Notes: a model not told the origin generated them from the letters alone. DNA of 64,000 bases from Octopus vulgaris (GCA_951406725.2 OX597817.1:141608001-141672000), one strand, 5' to 3'. Shown: positions 1 through 13,637, counted from the stretch's first letter. Made by a program: numbers and translations.

Positions 1-1059
1 CTTTCTAGATCTACCATCAGTTCTGCTAGTTGTCTCGGTTTGAAGAATCTGTATAGCGGTCCTTTCCTGTGACATTCTAACTACATGTCCGTAAAACCAG
101 AGCCGTGGCCTCTCAATGCGGCGGCTCCATCTGGAGAGAGACTCTGATCTTCGATCTATCCAAACTGTAAAGTAACGTCACTTCAGAGGAGTTTACGGGG
201 AACCCCGTGTTGGCCGTTAGTACTCATTCGATTATTAAGCAACATTTATGACCAAGCTTGAGAACAGATACGAAAATTGATTTGAAAATAAGAAGTGCAA
301 ACTAGATAAATACCGCAAATCATTTGTACATTGCTCTAATGCTATTAGAGTGCTAATTCTAGCACATCAAAAGAATGTACAGAGCAGAAGTTTTTAACCG
401 GGAATATTCATACTCCGAGCGAATGATACTAAAAGGCAGGGCATTTAAAACTTGATCTCTGGTATCTTTATTTAACGCTTCTTTTGAAAGTTGATAAAAG
501 TAGACATATGTAGGAAAGCTGCGATTTTCCTTTAACTGTTATAAAATTTGGTTTCTTTATTTTCTTTCTCCTCTTTTCGCATTCATCTAAAAAGAAAGTA
601 ACAGATTTGGCTATTTTCTTTTTTTTTTCTTTACCAGGCTCTCGTCTTTTAAGTATCGAATGCTGAGCTGGTGCATTACTATACCAGTACCTACAATTCT
701 TGCAGCCAATTAATGTTTCACTAACATAAACAAAAGCAGTCAAGTATTTCATGTAGACTTGTAGTTTCACCTAATCCAATAGCATCGTTGGTACATTTAT
801 TGTTTCACCTCATCAAATATATGTAATGCTATGTGTGGCATGTAGAGTTATATCATATTGAGCCGGTCCATAAACAGCATAAAAGTAAACGATTAAATGA
901 AATAAACTAACGCTGTACAGACAACATGTTATACGATTGTAATAAAACAGATATAAAATGCTTGTATCGTACGAGTTAAATAACAAAACGAGGGATTGCT
1001 GATGGGAATAATCTGATTTAACTTACAGGATAAGAAATAAACCTTCTGGATTTTATAGG

Positions 1060-1064
1060 ATGTA

Positions 1065-1131
<67 letters not shown>

Positions 1132-1170
1132 GTATGTATATATATATATGTACATACATATGTATTTATG

Positions 1171-1214
<44 letters not shown>

Positions 1215-1266
1215 TTTGTACATACATATGTATATATGTATGTAAATATGTATATGCGTATATATG

Positions 1267-1309
<43 letters not shown>

Positions 1310-1329
1310 GTATGTACATATATATATAT

Positions 1330-1398
<69 letters not shown>

Positions 1399-1510
1399 TA
1401 CATATATACATATATGTGTTTGTGTGTGTGAATGTGTGTGTGTGTGTGTATATATATATATGTGTGTGTGTGTATGCATATATGTATGTATACATGCATG
1501 CATGTATGTA
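1060..1510. repeat. Compound (TA)n/(GA)n/(TG)n microsatellite block
   Basis: Direct inspection; source of the overlapping YIYI/HTHT ORFs. Confidence 0.95.
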
Positions 1511-2217
1511 GCTAACGGTTTAATAAAAGCAATAAGCATCTACGAATGGTTGCCAGAAATATATAACCAGAAAGGCGCAGACGAACACATACAATCATAA
1601 TTTACATACACATTGATACACACACACATAAACACCCACACCCACACACATATAGATATACATGTGTGTATAATGTAAGAGTTGGTTTCAATAGTTTGTC
1701 TCCTGCAAGTCTGTGTTTGCTGTAAAGATTACATAAACTGGAAGCGCTGTTTACAAAAATGCGATTTGATAATCGCCACAGGACTTTTATCAAGTGTTCC
1801 TTCTTTATGATAAGCATATAGTTAAATGCAGGCTACCATACGTGAGATGTTCGGGTGAAAATATCTGATGTTTGCTGGAAAATTTATTCATCAACAGATA
1901 AATAAAGTTACTGTTTAAAATATATTTTCATGGAAGGAGTAAAGAAGAAAAATTCTGAAACTCGACTAGACCAAAATTTTAATTCGTAATGAAGACATCA
2001 GAATTAGTGAAAATTTCGAACATATTTCGCTCTTCATGGACCACCTTAGCATGACAAAAATGGAAGAAAATATACAGTGATTAGTTTAATTTAAATAATT
2101 AGGGAAAATTTCTCGAGAATAATCTTAAACTCACTCACACGCACATATAATCACACAGACATGCACAAACACATACGCGCACACACACACATACATATAT
2201 ATGTATCCATATATATA

Positions 2218-2287
<70 letters not shown>

Positions 2288-2289
<2 letters not shown>

Positions 2290-2430
2290 GTCTGTCCGAG
2301 TCAGTCGCCATGATTGATCCTTAGCCACTACACATATTCTCTCCTTGTTTTTCTGTGTCCCTTTCTGTAGAAGAGCGTAGGCTCGAAACGTAAAAACCTT
2401 TTTCTATTCCTGAGCGTTATACTAATACAC
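2288..2430 (+). mobile_element. Short (TA)n-associated PLE-derived repeat with hammerhead-like motif (family H1)
   Basis: Follows (TA)n; related sequence at 4020-4122(+), 21742-21900(-), 31529-31725(-); contains CTGTAGA-A-GAGC-GTAG-GCTC-GAAA-CG-TA. Confidence 0.7.
2362..2395 (+). ncRNA. Minimal type-I hammerhead-like motif, variant core CUGUAGA
   Basis: ttt-CTGTAGA-a-gagc-gtag-gctc-GAAA-cg-TA-aaa; the same core is seen in the copies at ~21825 and 31624-31659. Confidence 0.5.
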
Positions 2431-2433
2431 CTC

Positions 2434-2545
2434 ACCAAATCCACTCATGCTAGAGTAGAGGCCCCTTGCCCAAGGTGCCATGCCGTGGAAGTAAATGTTG
2501 TGTTCGGGAGGGAAACCTCTTACCACTAAGCCACACCTGCGCCTA
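2434..2545 (-). mobile_element. SINE-A fragment (tRNA head, degenerate)
   Basis: Reverse complement reads ggcgcaggtgtggcttagtggtaag...ccttgggcaag...gtggatttgg. Confidence 0.7.
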
Positions 2546-3247
2546 ATAATTTTCTTCTAATTATGTATATCTCACTTATTTCATGCTGACAGAGAGATGG
2601 TCAGTTGTTTCGTAAGTTCGTTTCGCATTATGCAGTTTCACATTCGGTCCTATAGTTATGGAATACTGTGCTAGACACAAAGCTGTCATTTGAGAAGAGC
2701 CAAAGTACGTCGGGCACCTCGAAGCACGTGAGATTGTTCAGAAAGCGTTTCGACTTGATTACACTGTTCCCATGGACTTTATCGGACAGGAACCGCCCTC
2801 TTCTCATAACTTGGGATAAATACCTGTCGTCTTATCAGCTACAATTTGCATCTGATGTCTAATCGTTGACTCCTCACGTTTAATCTATGATTTCGATACA
2901 GGGACGTATTTGACAATGTTGCTCCTCATTGCCTTGCCCGAATTCTCATTCATGATGCTTTGATACGATATCAAAGACTGGCCGTCGAGAATGTTTATCT
3001 TTTCTTTTAAACAGGAAGGAGCAGGTGACATTTATGAAGATCACAGTTTCAGTTTCACTGTGGTAGGCAGTTAAGATGATGAGAACGGAGTGACTTTCGA
3101 TCGTCTGCATTAGATCCGAAGATACCACCCAGGGGCTGAACAAAACATGAGAAAATATTTAGTTTCTTGAAAGAGTTGTTCTCAAATAGCTGACACGTAC
3201 ACCGAATACACATAATATAAATATACATATATACAAATATATATATT

Positions 3248-3892
3248 CTATTTATTTCAGTCACTTCACTGCGGCTATGCTGGAGTAACACCATTAGTCG
3301 AACAAATTGACCAACAGACGTATTCTTTGTAAGCCTAGTGCTTATTCTATCGGTCTCTTTGGTCGAACCGCTAAGTTACGGTGACGTAAACACACCAGCA
3401 TCAGTCCTCAAGCGATGTTGGTGGGGGGACAAACACAGACACAAAAATACACACAGACACACACACACACACACTCTCTCTCTCTCACACACACATATAT
3501 TCAATATGTGACCGCATGTTTATCATTGGCGATTTTCTTTGTCCGTCTTCCCTTCTTTGGACTTTTTCTATATTCCTGATGAAGAGCTCCGCTCGAAACG
3601 TGAAATCCTCTTCCTTTTTTTTCCTTTCCCGAGCGTCCAATAACACTGTACTTGTACCACGTCCTCGCATTGTTGTTTTTTCTTGCTTGTTCATGTTAGG
3701 ATTAACTATATATAGAAATACATGTATGTATGTATGTATGTATATGTATATACGCGACGTGCTTCTTTCAGTTTCCGTCTGCCAAATCCACGCAGAAGGC
3801 TTTCGTCGGCCCGAGGCTATAGTAGAAGACATTTACCCAATCTGCTACGCAGTGAGATTGAACGCGGAACAACTTACCACACAGCCACTCCT
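3248..3892 (-). mobile_element. SINE-A (tRNA-derived, CORE-like ccttgggcaag, internal microsatellite, 3' module), interrupted by the 3500-3716 element
   Basis: Matches the + strand copies at 28690-29080 and 15911-16328. Confidence 0.85.
3500..3716 (+). mobile_element. Short hammerhead-bearing PLE-derived repeat inserted in the internal microsatellite of SINE-A
   Basis: Contains ttc-CTGATGA-a-gagc-tcc-gctc-GAAA-cg-tg at 3573-3605; ends in tatata. Confidence 0.6.
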
Positions 3893-3893
3893 T

Positions 3894-3924
<31 letters not shown>

Positions 3925-3938
3925 CATACACACACACA

Positions 3939-4022
<84 letters not shown>

Positions 4023-4178
4023 GAGGCAAATACTTTTTCTATTCCTGAGCGTTATACTAATACATCTGTTTGTTTTGTATACCACCTGTCTTCGTCTTTT
4101 GTTTTTTTCGTAAACTCTCCCTATATATATATATACATATACACGCATGTGTATGTGTGTGCATGCGTGTGTATGTGT

Positions 4179-4244
<66 letters not shown>

Positions 4245-4959
4245 AATGCCATGTTCATCCCTATCCTCTTCTACCCTTCTCTTTCGTAACTATTTGAATC
4301 AACATTTTCCTTTACTCACTTTGGATCGTCTGGAGTATTTCTTCTGTTCTTTAGAAAGTGTTATCTTTTACAATGCGAATATTATCCTCCATATTTATGT
4401 TGGAAACGATGTGTTTATATGGATCTTCATATCGTTACTTTTCACAAAGAGGATTACTTGCAACATAAGCAACGTTCTGTTGTTTTAGGCCATCTTTGAT
4501 TTCAAGTGTGTCACTAATTTTCTTTCTTTCTTTTGTTTTCCTCACATAAAGATTTGCAATAACTTCCATTTATGTTTCTGTATTTCCTTGCGAACTTGTT
4601 TTCCACGTCTTCAGCGTCTTTTCGATGCTTCTATATCAGACAAGCTTGTGTTTACACTCTTGCATGGCCTATCAGAAGTTCATTTATATATTAGTTATAT
4701 TTTCACATCTGTGTTCACTCCTGCGCCTCTGAAATCGCCCTCCACTCCTATTTGTCTTATTTATGTCGAAGTCTCAACGGCAAGTGATAACGTTTATTAT
4801 TTATCTATTTATTTATTTAAAGAATCGAAAATTCCTGACCCACGTCTTCCATTCCTCTGTGTTATCCATAGCATTCTTAAACTCATGGGTAAGCGCATCA
4901 AGTGTCTTGTAGAAATAGGCAGTTGATAACGTTTTCAGATTAAAATTTTTTCTTGGAAT

Positions 4960-6450
4960 AACAAACATTGTATGTTTCGTAGCATATAAGCATCTCCTGT
5001 GAGCACGAGTTTTTTCGTCTGTTTTTGGAATTTCCTGGAATCGGAGGCAGGTTGCCACCAGTCCCTTTTGCTATTATTCCTAGGGTACCTGTGACAACAG
5101 GTAATTGTTCTAATCTTGAATTTTCCAGATTTTGCCAATTTTTATTCTAAGATCTTTATACTTTTTCAGCTTTCCTAGGTCTTAACATATACATTTATGT
5201 TGAATGGGATGTTCATATCGATGAGGAGGCATTACGTTTGTCTGGAATCGTTTGATATAATGTCTGGCCTATTTGCATCTATCTTTCTGCCAGTTTGAAC
5301 CGTAAAGTTCTATAGATTATATATGATCATTTTCAAGAACTGGAGGTGGTTTATGTCCTCATATGTTTTTATCATAGGGCAGGCCCATATCCTTGGAAAT
5401 TACCCGGTGAATATACAGTGCAGCTTTCTTATGCCTATTGAGATGTTCTAAGTGCGCAAGAAGGTGATACATAGCGACAATATGTTCGTGGGTTGCAGTC
5501 TTGCGTACATGCACGCCATTGGCTACTGCCAATCTCTTCTTGTAGGGTGACACTGATCTTGGGCTGCTATGATAAACCCTTCTATCTCTGATGTTAAGCC
5601 AAAATACACTAACCATTGATGGCTAAGAGCCTTTTCAACATCAGCATAGTTAGCTCTCTTCAGGTATTTACCGTTGAATGGTTTTTACTTGCCTTTCATC
5701 ATTGAGAATATTTAAGGCAGCATTCTTAGCTATGGTTTTGATAATTTTAGCTTTTCTGTGCTTTTTTCCCAGTTCATCTAATTCTGCGACTTGGTTATTT
5801 GGAATTCCTTTAGATATTCTCCTGCCTTTTTTTGCTACTGAATAACAGATTTTCTTGTTTTCATGTTTACGAGAAGTTTTAGCATCCGGTCATCAGAATT
5901 TTTCAGATAAATGCTTAGGTCAATTGTAACAATTTTTCAGTGTCAGTTCACGTTGTAAGTGTTCACGGCCACCTACATTTCTTGGCAAGTAAAGTCTTTC
6001 CACAGTCTGTCTTAGGGTGCTGTATTCTCTTCATTGTCAACATTTTTCGGATTTGTCAATCGAGGTTACAAATTTCAGCATTTGGCCAGTTAATAATATT
6101 GAAACAATTAGATCACGACTAGTATGCCTAAAGTATTAATTGCTCCACTTAAGTTTCTTGCATTCAGCTCTGTCTTGAGTATTGCCCTTAACCTGCGATA
6201 ACATTTTTGCTTTCTTTTCCTCTCATCCTTGAATTTTTGATTCCATCACATTCGTAAACCCCTAGACATTTATAACCCTCCAAGGGCTTTAATTCTTCTA
6301 TAATATTCCGTTGGTCAGTTTCGACTTTTGATGTTTCTACAAGTTTCCAACTGATAAAGGTGATTTTGCGCATTCGTCAAGGCCAAATTCCAACCTGATG
6401 TTATCACTAAACTGTTTTACAAGTGTTAATAAGCCTTGTAATTGCTGGTC
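4960..6450 (-). pseudogene. Decayed R4/Dong-like (restriction-like endonuclease) non-LTR retrotransposon, RT C-terminus to RLE
   Basis: Fragments QQLQGLLTLVKQFSDNIRLEFGLDECAK, YKCLGVYE, LNRHKKAALYIH, ANRPDI, CLLIDMNIPF and LVLTGDAYMLR occur in the order expected for an R4-clade ORF, with many stops and frameshifts. Confidence 0.75.
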
Positions 6451-6550
6451 TAGCACACCGGGAAAATGCTTAGCGGCGTCTAGTTTGTCTTTACTTTCAG
6501 GGTAGTTCCGCCGAGGTCGATTTTGATTTTCATCTTTTGGGGTCATTAAG
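6450..6550 (+). mobile_element. SINE-B fragment
   Basis: gcacaccgggaaaatgcttagcggc...ccgccgaggtcga...tttcatcttttggggtc. Confidence 0.7.
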
Positions 6551-6739
6551 ATAAGACTGCCTCATTCTGTATTTCATTACCTTGATAGTTCCGAGTGAGG
6601 AGACTCTGATCTTGAGCCGCTACGATAAATCCTTGTTTCTGTTTATACTATTAGTTTGGTTTGGCTCAGGTACGGTTTTATTCCAGATAGGATTTATATT
6701 ACAATCATTCTTTAAACTTCATCACTCATTCGAGTAAAG

Positions 6740-7870
6740 AGTTATGGTTTGCAGAGATTTATCCGGGTGTAGGTGATTTATCTGGAGTTTGTCGAAGATA
6801 TTCATCCAGAAACCGTTTTGAATATTATGAGATCTTTACCTTATTTTATGTCTTGGTGTGATGTTAAAGAGAGCAGGGCCTGTTGAAGTGAAATGTTTTT
6901 GTTTCAGTGATGTGACGCGAGCAGGAGTTTTATAGAGGACGGATGGCACGGGCACCAAGTATTTGGTGAATTCTAAAGTTGGCATCATTTAGGCAATAAT
7001 GAAATATTTCCAAGTTCATACAAATGGCATAACGCTCGTGGCAATCTTGGGTGATGGTGGGTGGGTGGGTGGGGGAAATAGAGGTTGACCTTTAATGTAG
7101 TGTTTTTTTTAAAAATAAATTCTGATTTATCACTGGACTGTTTCAATTTTTACAATATTTTGTTTCATACACGGAAACCATACCGGACAGCATTATTCCA
7201 GGTGAGAATGGGCAAAGAAGGAGAAGATATGGATAATGCTAGGAGCGTCTCTCGACCGAAATGTCCTGAAGGTCCAGAAACACGCTGTACAAGCCATGTT
7301 GACTTTGCTGTTCATATGGGCACTTCAGATTAAGTTGTAGTTGATAGCTACCTCGATGATCCTAGCGAGATTTGATCCAGGGGCAGGAGTTCGCTCGAGG
7401 GAAGAGCATATAAACTTAGATAAACTTAGATATGTTTCGACCAGAGATTGGTCCAGGCCATGTCTAACTTAATAGCACCACCTGATAGGATTATTCGAAT
7501 CCTGTTTAAGTCAAGTTTTGTTCAAGTAGTGAGTTCTTGTTGGGTGAGTTGTATCCAGTTTTGTTCAAGTAGTGAGTTCTTGTTGGGTGAGTTGTATCCA
7601 ATTATGGGTGGCTTATCTGGTATTCTTTGTGGGAATCTATCCAGACTCTGTTTAAAGTTGATGGGATCCTTTTCCTCTTTGATCTCCCTCGGGACAATGT
7701 TAAATAGGGCAGGGCCTGTTGAGGAAAAGAAATTATGTTGCAGTGTACATGTATGTTGTGATCTTGAATTTGGCAGGGGACGTATATCCCGTGGTCCAAG
7801 TCTTGGATGAACCTTGAAGCTAATGTTTAGGTCGTTTGGGCAAAGTTGGCGGTATATTTTCCACATCGTA
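6740..7870 (-). pseudogene. CR1/L2-superclade LINE ORF2 3' fragments (at least two pieces)
   Basis: PHLE*CCPVWFPCMKQNIVKIETVQ (~7130-7205); HNFFSSTGPALFNIVPREIKE..FKQSLDRF (7522-7866); second HFTSTGPALFNITP copy (~6855-6900). Confidence 0.7.
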
Positions 7871-8260
7871 CATTTTCCACATATAGAGTGGAATACTTCA
7901 AATTAGTTCTCATTTAGATGTATACTGTGTCTTTCTTTTCTCTCCCCCATTGGACTACAGCGAGCAGATCTTGTTAAATATTAGTTCGCTCTTCTTTTGA
8001 CGTCTTTCAGAGCGGGAATTCTAATGATGCTTTGTTTGCTGACCTCAGTGATGTCATTGATGTAAATAATGAAACGGAGTGGGACCAATACCTTGCCTTG
8101 TTCGAGTCCATTATCATTATTGTTGTTGTTGTTGCTCTGCGAAATATACAATAATAAAACAATGTATCTGCGAGTGTGTGTGTCGATCTAATGGTATATA
8201 TGTGTCGCTTGTGTGTGTATACACAACAACACAACACAAACACACACATATATACACCTG

Positions 8261-8305
<45 letters not shown>

Positions 8306-8396
8306 GTGTGTGTGAGTATGCGTATGTTGTGTGTGTGTGTGTATGTGTGTGTGTCTTGATACGCAGACACAAACACACACATGTATGTATATATAC

Positions 8397-8458
<62 letters not shown>

Positions 8459-8601
8459 GTGTGAGTGCGGTGTGCGTGTGTATATGTGTGTATCTGTGTG
8501 TGTATGTGTATGTAAGTATGTCTTCCCCACACACATAATATATACATATGTATATATTTACATATATACATATATGTATGTATATATATATGTATATGTG
8601 C

Positions 8602-8691
<90 letters not shown>

Positions 8692-8863
8692 AAGTATGTA
8701 TTCACCCACACAAACACACGTATAATTGCTCTTAATAACATTCGTGATACACTCGCCTCTTATATTGTCTCCTATTCATAAATTTAGAACCGTGTAGGCT
8801 ACAAAGTACTTCATCCTCATCACCGTATCTATATTTGATCGACCGACCTCGTCGCCGGCAGCC

Positions 8864-9304
<441 letters not shown>

Positions 9305-9763
9305 GTCATTACCGCTTTACCATTACCATCATATGCACCATCAATTCTTTTCATTTTAAATGTGATCAAATAGGCAGGCTCAAACACACACACATATTTA
9401 TGTATAAATATATATGTGTGTGTGTGTGTTTGTGTGTTTGTGTGTGTGTGTGTGTGTGTATTTCGCTGTACGATCACTTTGATGCTGTAAATGTTCCAGT
9501 AGATTTAATGAAGTGTATAAGTATAAACGTGTTTTGGAACCAAATCGATGTCTAGACAGTGAAAATACTTCCGTACTGTGTTGAAATATCATTTCAAATG
9601 ATCGCTGCGTAAGGTAGCGGCCCAATCAAAAGACCAATTACGTTATCCAGAAATGCATTGAATACGGATAACATATCGATCATATTTAGTTAGTTTTTAA
9701 ACACAGACATCCAAACAGTCACACACACATACCACACACATACAGTGTGATAGGTAGGTAACT

Positions 9764-9814
<51 letters not shown>

Positions 9815-9959
9815 TATTGGGGAGATGTACTTGCATAGCGAGTGACTTGATCTGAGATCGTGTGCTGGAACGAAAACAATTGCAACGTGGAAGGTGTTTA
9901 TAAGCCATTTAAGAAACACACAAAAACCGTTAGATTCACTTCAACATTTAAATTTAATT

Positions 9960-10006
9960 TGTCAAAATATTTTCGTCGCTTTGAGACCGCGACCTGTTCG
10001 CTGACA
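9960..10006 (-). ncRNA. Hammerhead-shaped motif with non-canonical core (GCGAACA)
   Basis: tgtca-GCGAACA-g-gtcgc-loop-gcgac-GAAA-atat-TT-tgaca; stems I and II pair perfectly. Confidence 0.4.
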
Positions 10007-10081
10007 AAACTTCGTGCTGCATCGTGCTGCATATATATATTTATATGTAAATGTAATATGTGACAATTATTCGGTAGCCAT

Positions 10082-10135
10082 GATAAAACTCCGAGTTTCG
10101 GATGCCGAAACCACACCGCTATCTCTTCAGTTATC
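10082..10135 (-). ncRNA. Type-I hammerhead ribozyme motif
   Basis: gataa-CTGAAGA-gat...atc-c-GAAA-ctcggag-TT-ttatc; perfect 5-bp stem I. Confidence 0.7.
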
Positions 10136-10290
10136 TGACCATCGAAAAATGCTATGAAAGATGACCGTTAAGCAAAGGGAAATTACTGTGTGATAGACCG
10201 TTATTAAGACAAAAGAGCTATTTGAATGACCGCTAAGTAAGGGAAGGAAGTAAGAGTAATAGTATTCGCGTAAGAGCGCATGTTCATACC

Positions 10291-10350
10291 TACACTGAAG
10301 AGATGGCGGCCTGGATTTCCACCTCGGCATCCGAAACTCGGAGTTTTATC
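10291..10350 (+). ncRNA. Type-I hammerhead ribozyme motif (inverted partner of 10082-10135)
   Basis: CTGAAGA-gatg...catc-c-GAAA-ctcggag-TT-ttatc; stem I imperfect. Confidence 0.55.
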
Positions 10351-10525
10351 ATGGCTACCGTATAATTGTCACATATTACATTTACAGATAAATTCCTCTA
10401 TTTACATAATATCGAGGTCTCTTGCTTTCTTTGGTTGTCTTACCATTTTTATTAATATATATATATATTAATAAAAATGGTAAGACAACCATATATATAT
10501 ACATATATATGTATATATATGTATG

Positions 10526-10559
<34 letters not shown>

Positions 10560-10617
10560 TGTATGTATGTATGTATGTATGTATGTATGTATGTATGTAT
10601 GTATGTATGTATGTATG

Positions 10618-10680
<63 letters not shown>

Positions 10681-11231
10681 CACAAGCCCCCACACAATTT
10701 CCGTGCACTGAATTCTCTCTCAAGATTGGTCAACCGGGAGATGTAGTGTAATACCCTAGCCCAAGGTGTATGTATGACGACTACTTGACTTTGAAAGTGA
10801 GGGTCTTAGAGGTGTTATGCAAGTTGTTATCAACTATAAATTTGAGCCCGGGAATCTTTCACCAACATAAATAATTTGTCAGCGTTAGTTACCAGTATCA
10901 CAGAGGAATTGCTGCAGAATGTATTATGAAGTCACTAAGATTTCCCAGACACATAGATACATACATATCCAGATTACAAGTTCGGGTTTACACCTGTAAT
11001 TATTGAGGCCCTGGGATATGTAACACGCTCACCAATTGTGAGAAATTAGGCTTATCAAAATTTGAAAGCAGAAATCTAATTCAAAGACTACAGATACAGT
11101 CCATCACTGGAACTGTATAAATCTGTAAAACTTTCCAGAAGTTTATCATTTACATATATATGAGATATGTAACTATATGCATGGGAATACATACATAAAG
11201 CAAAACATACAAATCTACACATACATTTATA

Positions 11232-11490
11232 TACATATACATACATACATACATACATACATACATACATACATACATACATACATACATACATACATAC
11301 ATACATACATACATACATACATACATACATACATACATACATACATACATACATACATACATTTATATACATATACATACATACATACATACATACATAC
11401 ATACATACATACATACATACATACATACATACATACATACATACATACATACATACATACATACATACATACATACATACATACATACAT
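11232..11490. repeat. (TACA)n microsatellite
   Basis: Direct inspection. Confidence 0.95.
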
Positions 11491-11495
11491 GTATA

Positions 11496-12781
11496 CGAGG
11501 GGCGTTCAATAAGTAATGCCCCTGACCCACTTGCAGTTGTTTGATCTAGCTGAAATTTTGCATGTGCAATTATTTATATCTATATAGATTAAGTCGCAAA
11601 TTACAGCTCGGAACTAATTGTGGTTTCTGAATTACAGGTGTTTGAACTGAGTCAGGTGTGAAATGGAGCCAGTTGAGTGTCGAGCAGTGATCCGGTTTTT
11701 GTATTTGAAAGGACGCACACCACGGGAGACTTTTGATGAGATGAAAATAACTTATGGTGATGATGCCCCATCATATGACCTTGTAAAACGCTGGTATCGT
11801 GAATTCAAACGTAGTCGGAACTCTGTGGAAACAGCTCCCAGATCTGGTCGCCCCACTTCTGCCATTGATGAGGCATCTGTACGTCAAGTTGAGGCTGCCA
11901 TTTTGGAAGATCGACGCATAACTATTCGCCAAATAGCCCATGAGGTCAAGATTAGTACCGGGTCTGTGGAAACTATCATTCATGACCATTTGCATATGCA
12001 AAAGGTGTCTGCCAGATGGATTGCCAGGTTGCTCGCACCTTTCCAGAAGCAAGAACGCGTCGAGTGCTCGAGGACGAATTTGGAGATGTGTCAAGAAGAT
12101 GAGTCAAAATTTTTCAAAAGACTGATTACACAGGATGAAACCTAGGTCCATCACGATGATCCAGAGACCAAAGCCCAGTCAATGCAGTGGAAGCACCGTG
12201 ACTCACCTCCTCCAAAGGAGGCAAGGGTGCAGCCCTCCGCTGGCAAGGTCATGCTCACAGTCTTCTGGGACCAGGACGGAGTAGTGATGACAGATTTCCT
12301 GGCAAAGGGTACCACAATTACAGGAGCCTATTATGCTTCACTTTTCAGGAAATTAAGAGAAGCTATCAAAATCAAGAGGCGGGGCAAGATCAGCAAAGGC
12401 ATCCTCCTCCTGCAGGACAACGCTCCGGTCCACAACTCGCTTGTCGCTAGATCAGAAGCACAGGCGTGCGGCTATGAACTCCTCCCCCATCCCTCTACTC
12501 TCCTGACCTTGCACCCTCTGATTTTCACCCAGCCATGAAGTTATTTTTGAAAGGAAAGCGTTTCCCAGATGATGCAGCCTTGATTTCTGAAGTCACGTCG
12601 TGGTTGGAGGACCAAGCTGGGGTCTTCTACAAAAACGGTCTCCAGAGCTGCATCAAACGATGGAAGAAATGCGTAACTCTGGGTGGTTCCTAGGTAGAAA
12701 AAGACTAATAACTGTGCCAAGTTTCGTTGATCTACTGCAATGGGAAGTGGGTCAGGGGCATTAATTATTGAACGCCCCTCG
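11496..12781 (+). mobile_element. Full-length mariner DNA transposon (1,286 bp), TA target duplication
   Basis: TIR cgaggggcgttcaataagtaatgcccctgacccactt / aagtgggtcaggggcattaattattgaacgcccctcg; TA at 11494-11495 and 12782-12783. Confidence 0.97.
11663..12708 (+). pseudogene. Mariner (DD34D) transposase, inactivated
   Basis: HTH ...PRSGRP, WIARLL (WVPxxL motif), ITQDET*VH, LLQDNAPVH, frameshifted YSPDLAPSDF; stops at 12143-12145 and 12691-12693. Confidence 0.95.
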
Positions 12782-13223
12782 TACATAGTTGTTTGGGATG
12801 GAGTAGAAAAAGGACGTAGCATCATAAAGGTCAACTGTCCAGCAGATATGAATGTCTCTTCTAATATCAAAAAGGAACAGGATAACTACAGGAAACTGCT
12901 TCAAAATCTCCAGCTTCTACACTAAGATGATGAATTCACATTTATACCAAAATTTACGCACTTTGTTTTGTGCGTAAATACTCCAGAGCTAATTTGAAAA
13001 AAACTACAGTTTTCAGAAAAAAATAGATCAACCTGCTAACCATCCAAATACGATCTGTAAATGGTGCAGTAAATATATGCCTGATCTTTCTGTTTCAGAA
13101 TGGGTATTCGTGTTTGTTATCTGCATCATACGAGAGAGAATTTTTAGTTTTGTTAGAAACCAGATGCCTCCTGGCAAAAATTGAAACAATTTAAAATACT
13201 GGAGATAATAGATACATACATGA

Positions 13224-13626
13224 TGCAGGCGTGGCTGTGTGGTAACAAGCTTTCTTCCCATCCACATGGGTCCAGGTTCAGTCCCACTGAGTGGAACTTT
13301 GGGCAAGTGACTTCTACTATGGACTTGCGCTTACCAAAGCCTTGTGTGTGGATTTGGTAGGTGGAAACGGAAAGAAACCCATCGTGTGTGTGTGTGTGTG
13401 TCTGTTTTTATTTCCATGTCTGACTTCTCACCACAGCTTGACAACCTGTGTTGGTTTGTGTATGTTCTTGTAACTTAGCAGTCCGGTATAAAGACGGACA
13501 GAATAATCACCAGGCTTCAAGAGAAAAAGTAAGGTTGTCGATTCCTTCAACTAAAAGCACTTGAGGGTGGTCTCCAACATGGCCACAGTTTAGTGACTAC
13601 AAGAAGTAAAAGATGAACTATAAAAG
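13224..13626 (+). mobile_element. SINE-A, diverged copy
   Basis: gcaggcgtggctgtgtggtaa...ggttcagtcccactg...tttgggcaagt...gtggatttggtag...3' module. Confidence 0.85.
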
Positions 13627-13637
13627 ATACATACATA

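Larger units (their letters stand above)
9812..10490. mobile_element. (TA)n-embedded PLE-derived element with internal inverted repeat and three hammerhead-like motifs
   Basis: IR 10039-10108 / 10324-10393; terminal hairpin 10432-10490; (TA)n on both sides. Confidence 0.7.

Noticed and set aside
635-720. Possible minus-strand exon ETLIGCKNCRYWYSNAPAQHSILKRREP
   Set aside because: Splice signals only moderate and no recognisable homology
929-1600. Many long ORFs of YI/HT/VC/MYVC repeats here and throughout the window
   Set aside because: Translations of stop-free microsatellites, not genes
7517-7600. ~42-bp tandem duplication (a ~58-bp one also lies at 15615-15735)
   Set aside because: Local duplications inside retroelement 3' regions; no spacers, so not CRISPR-like
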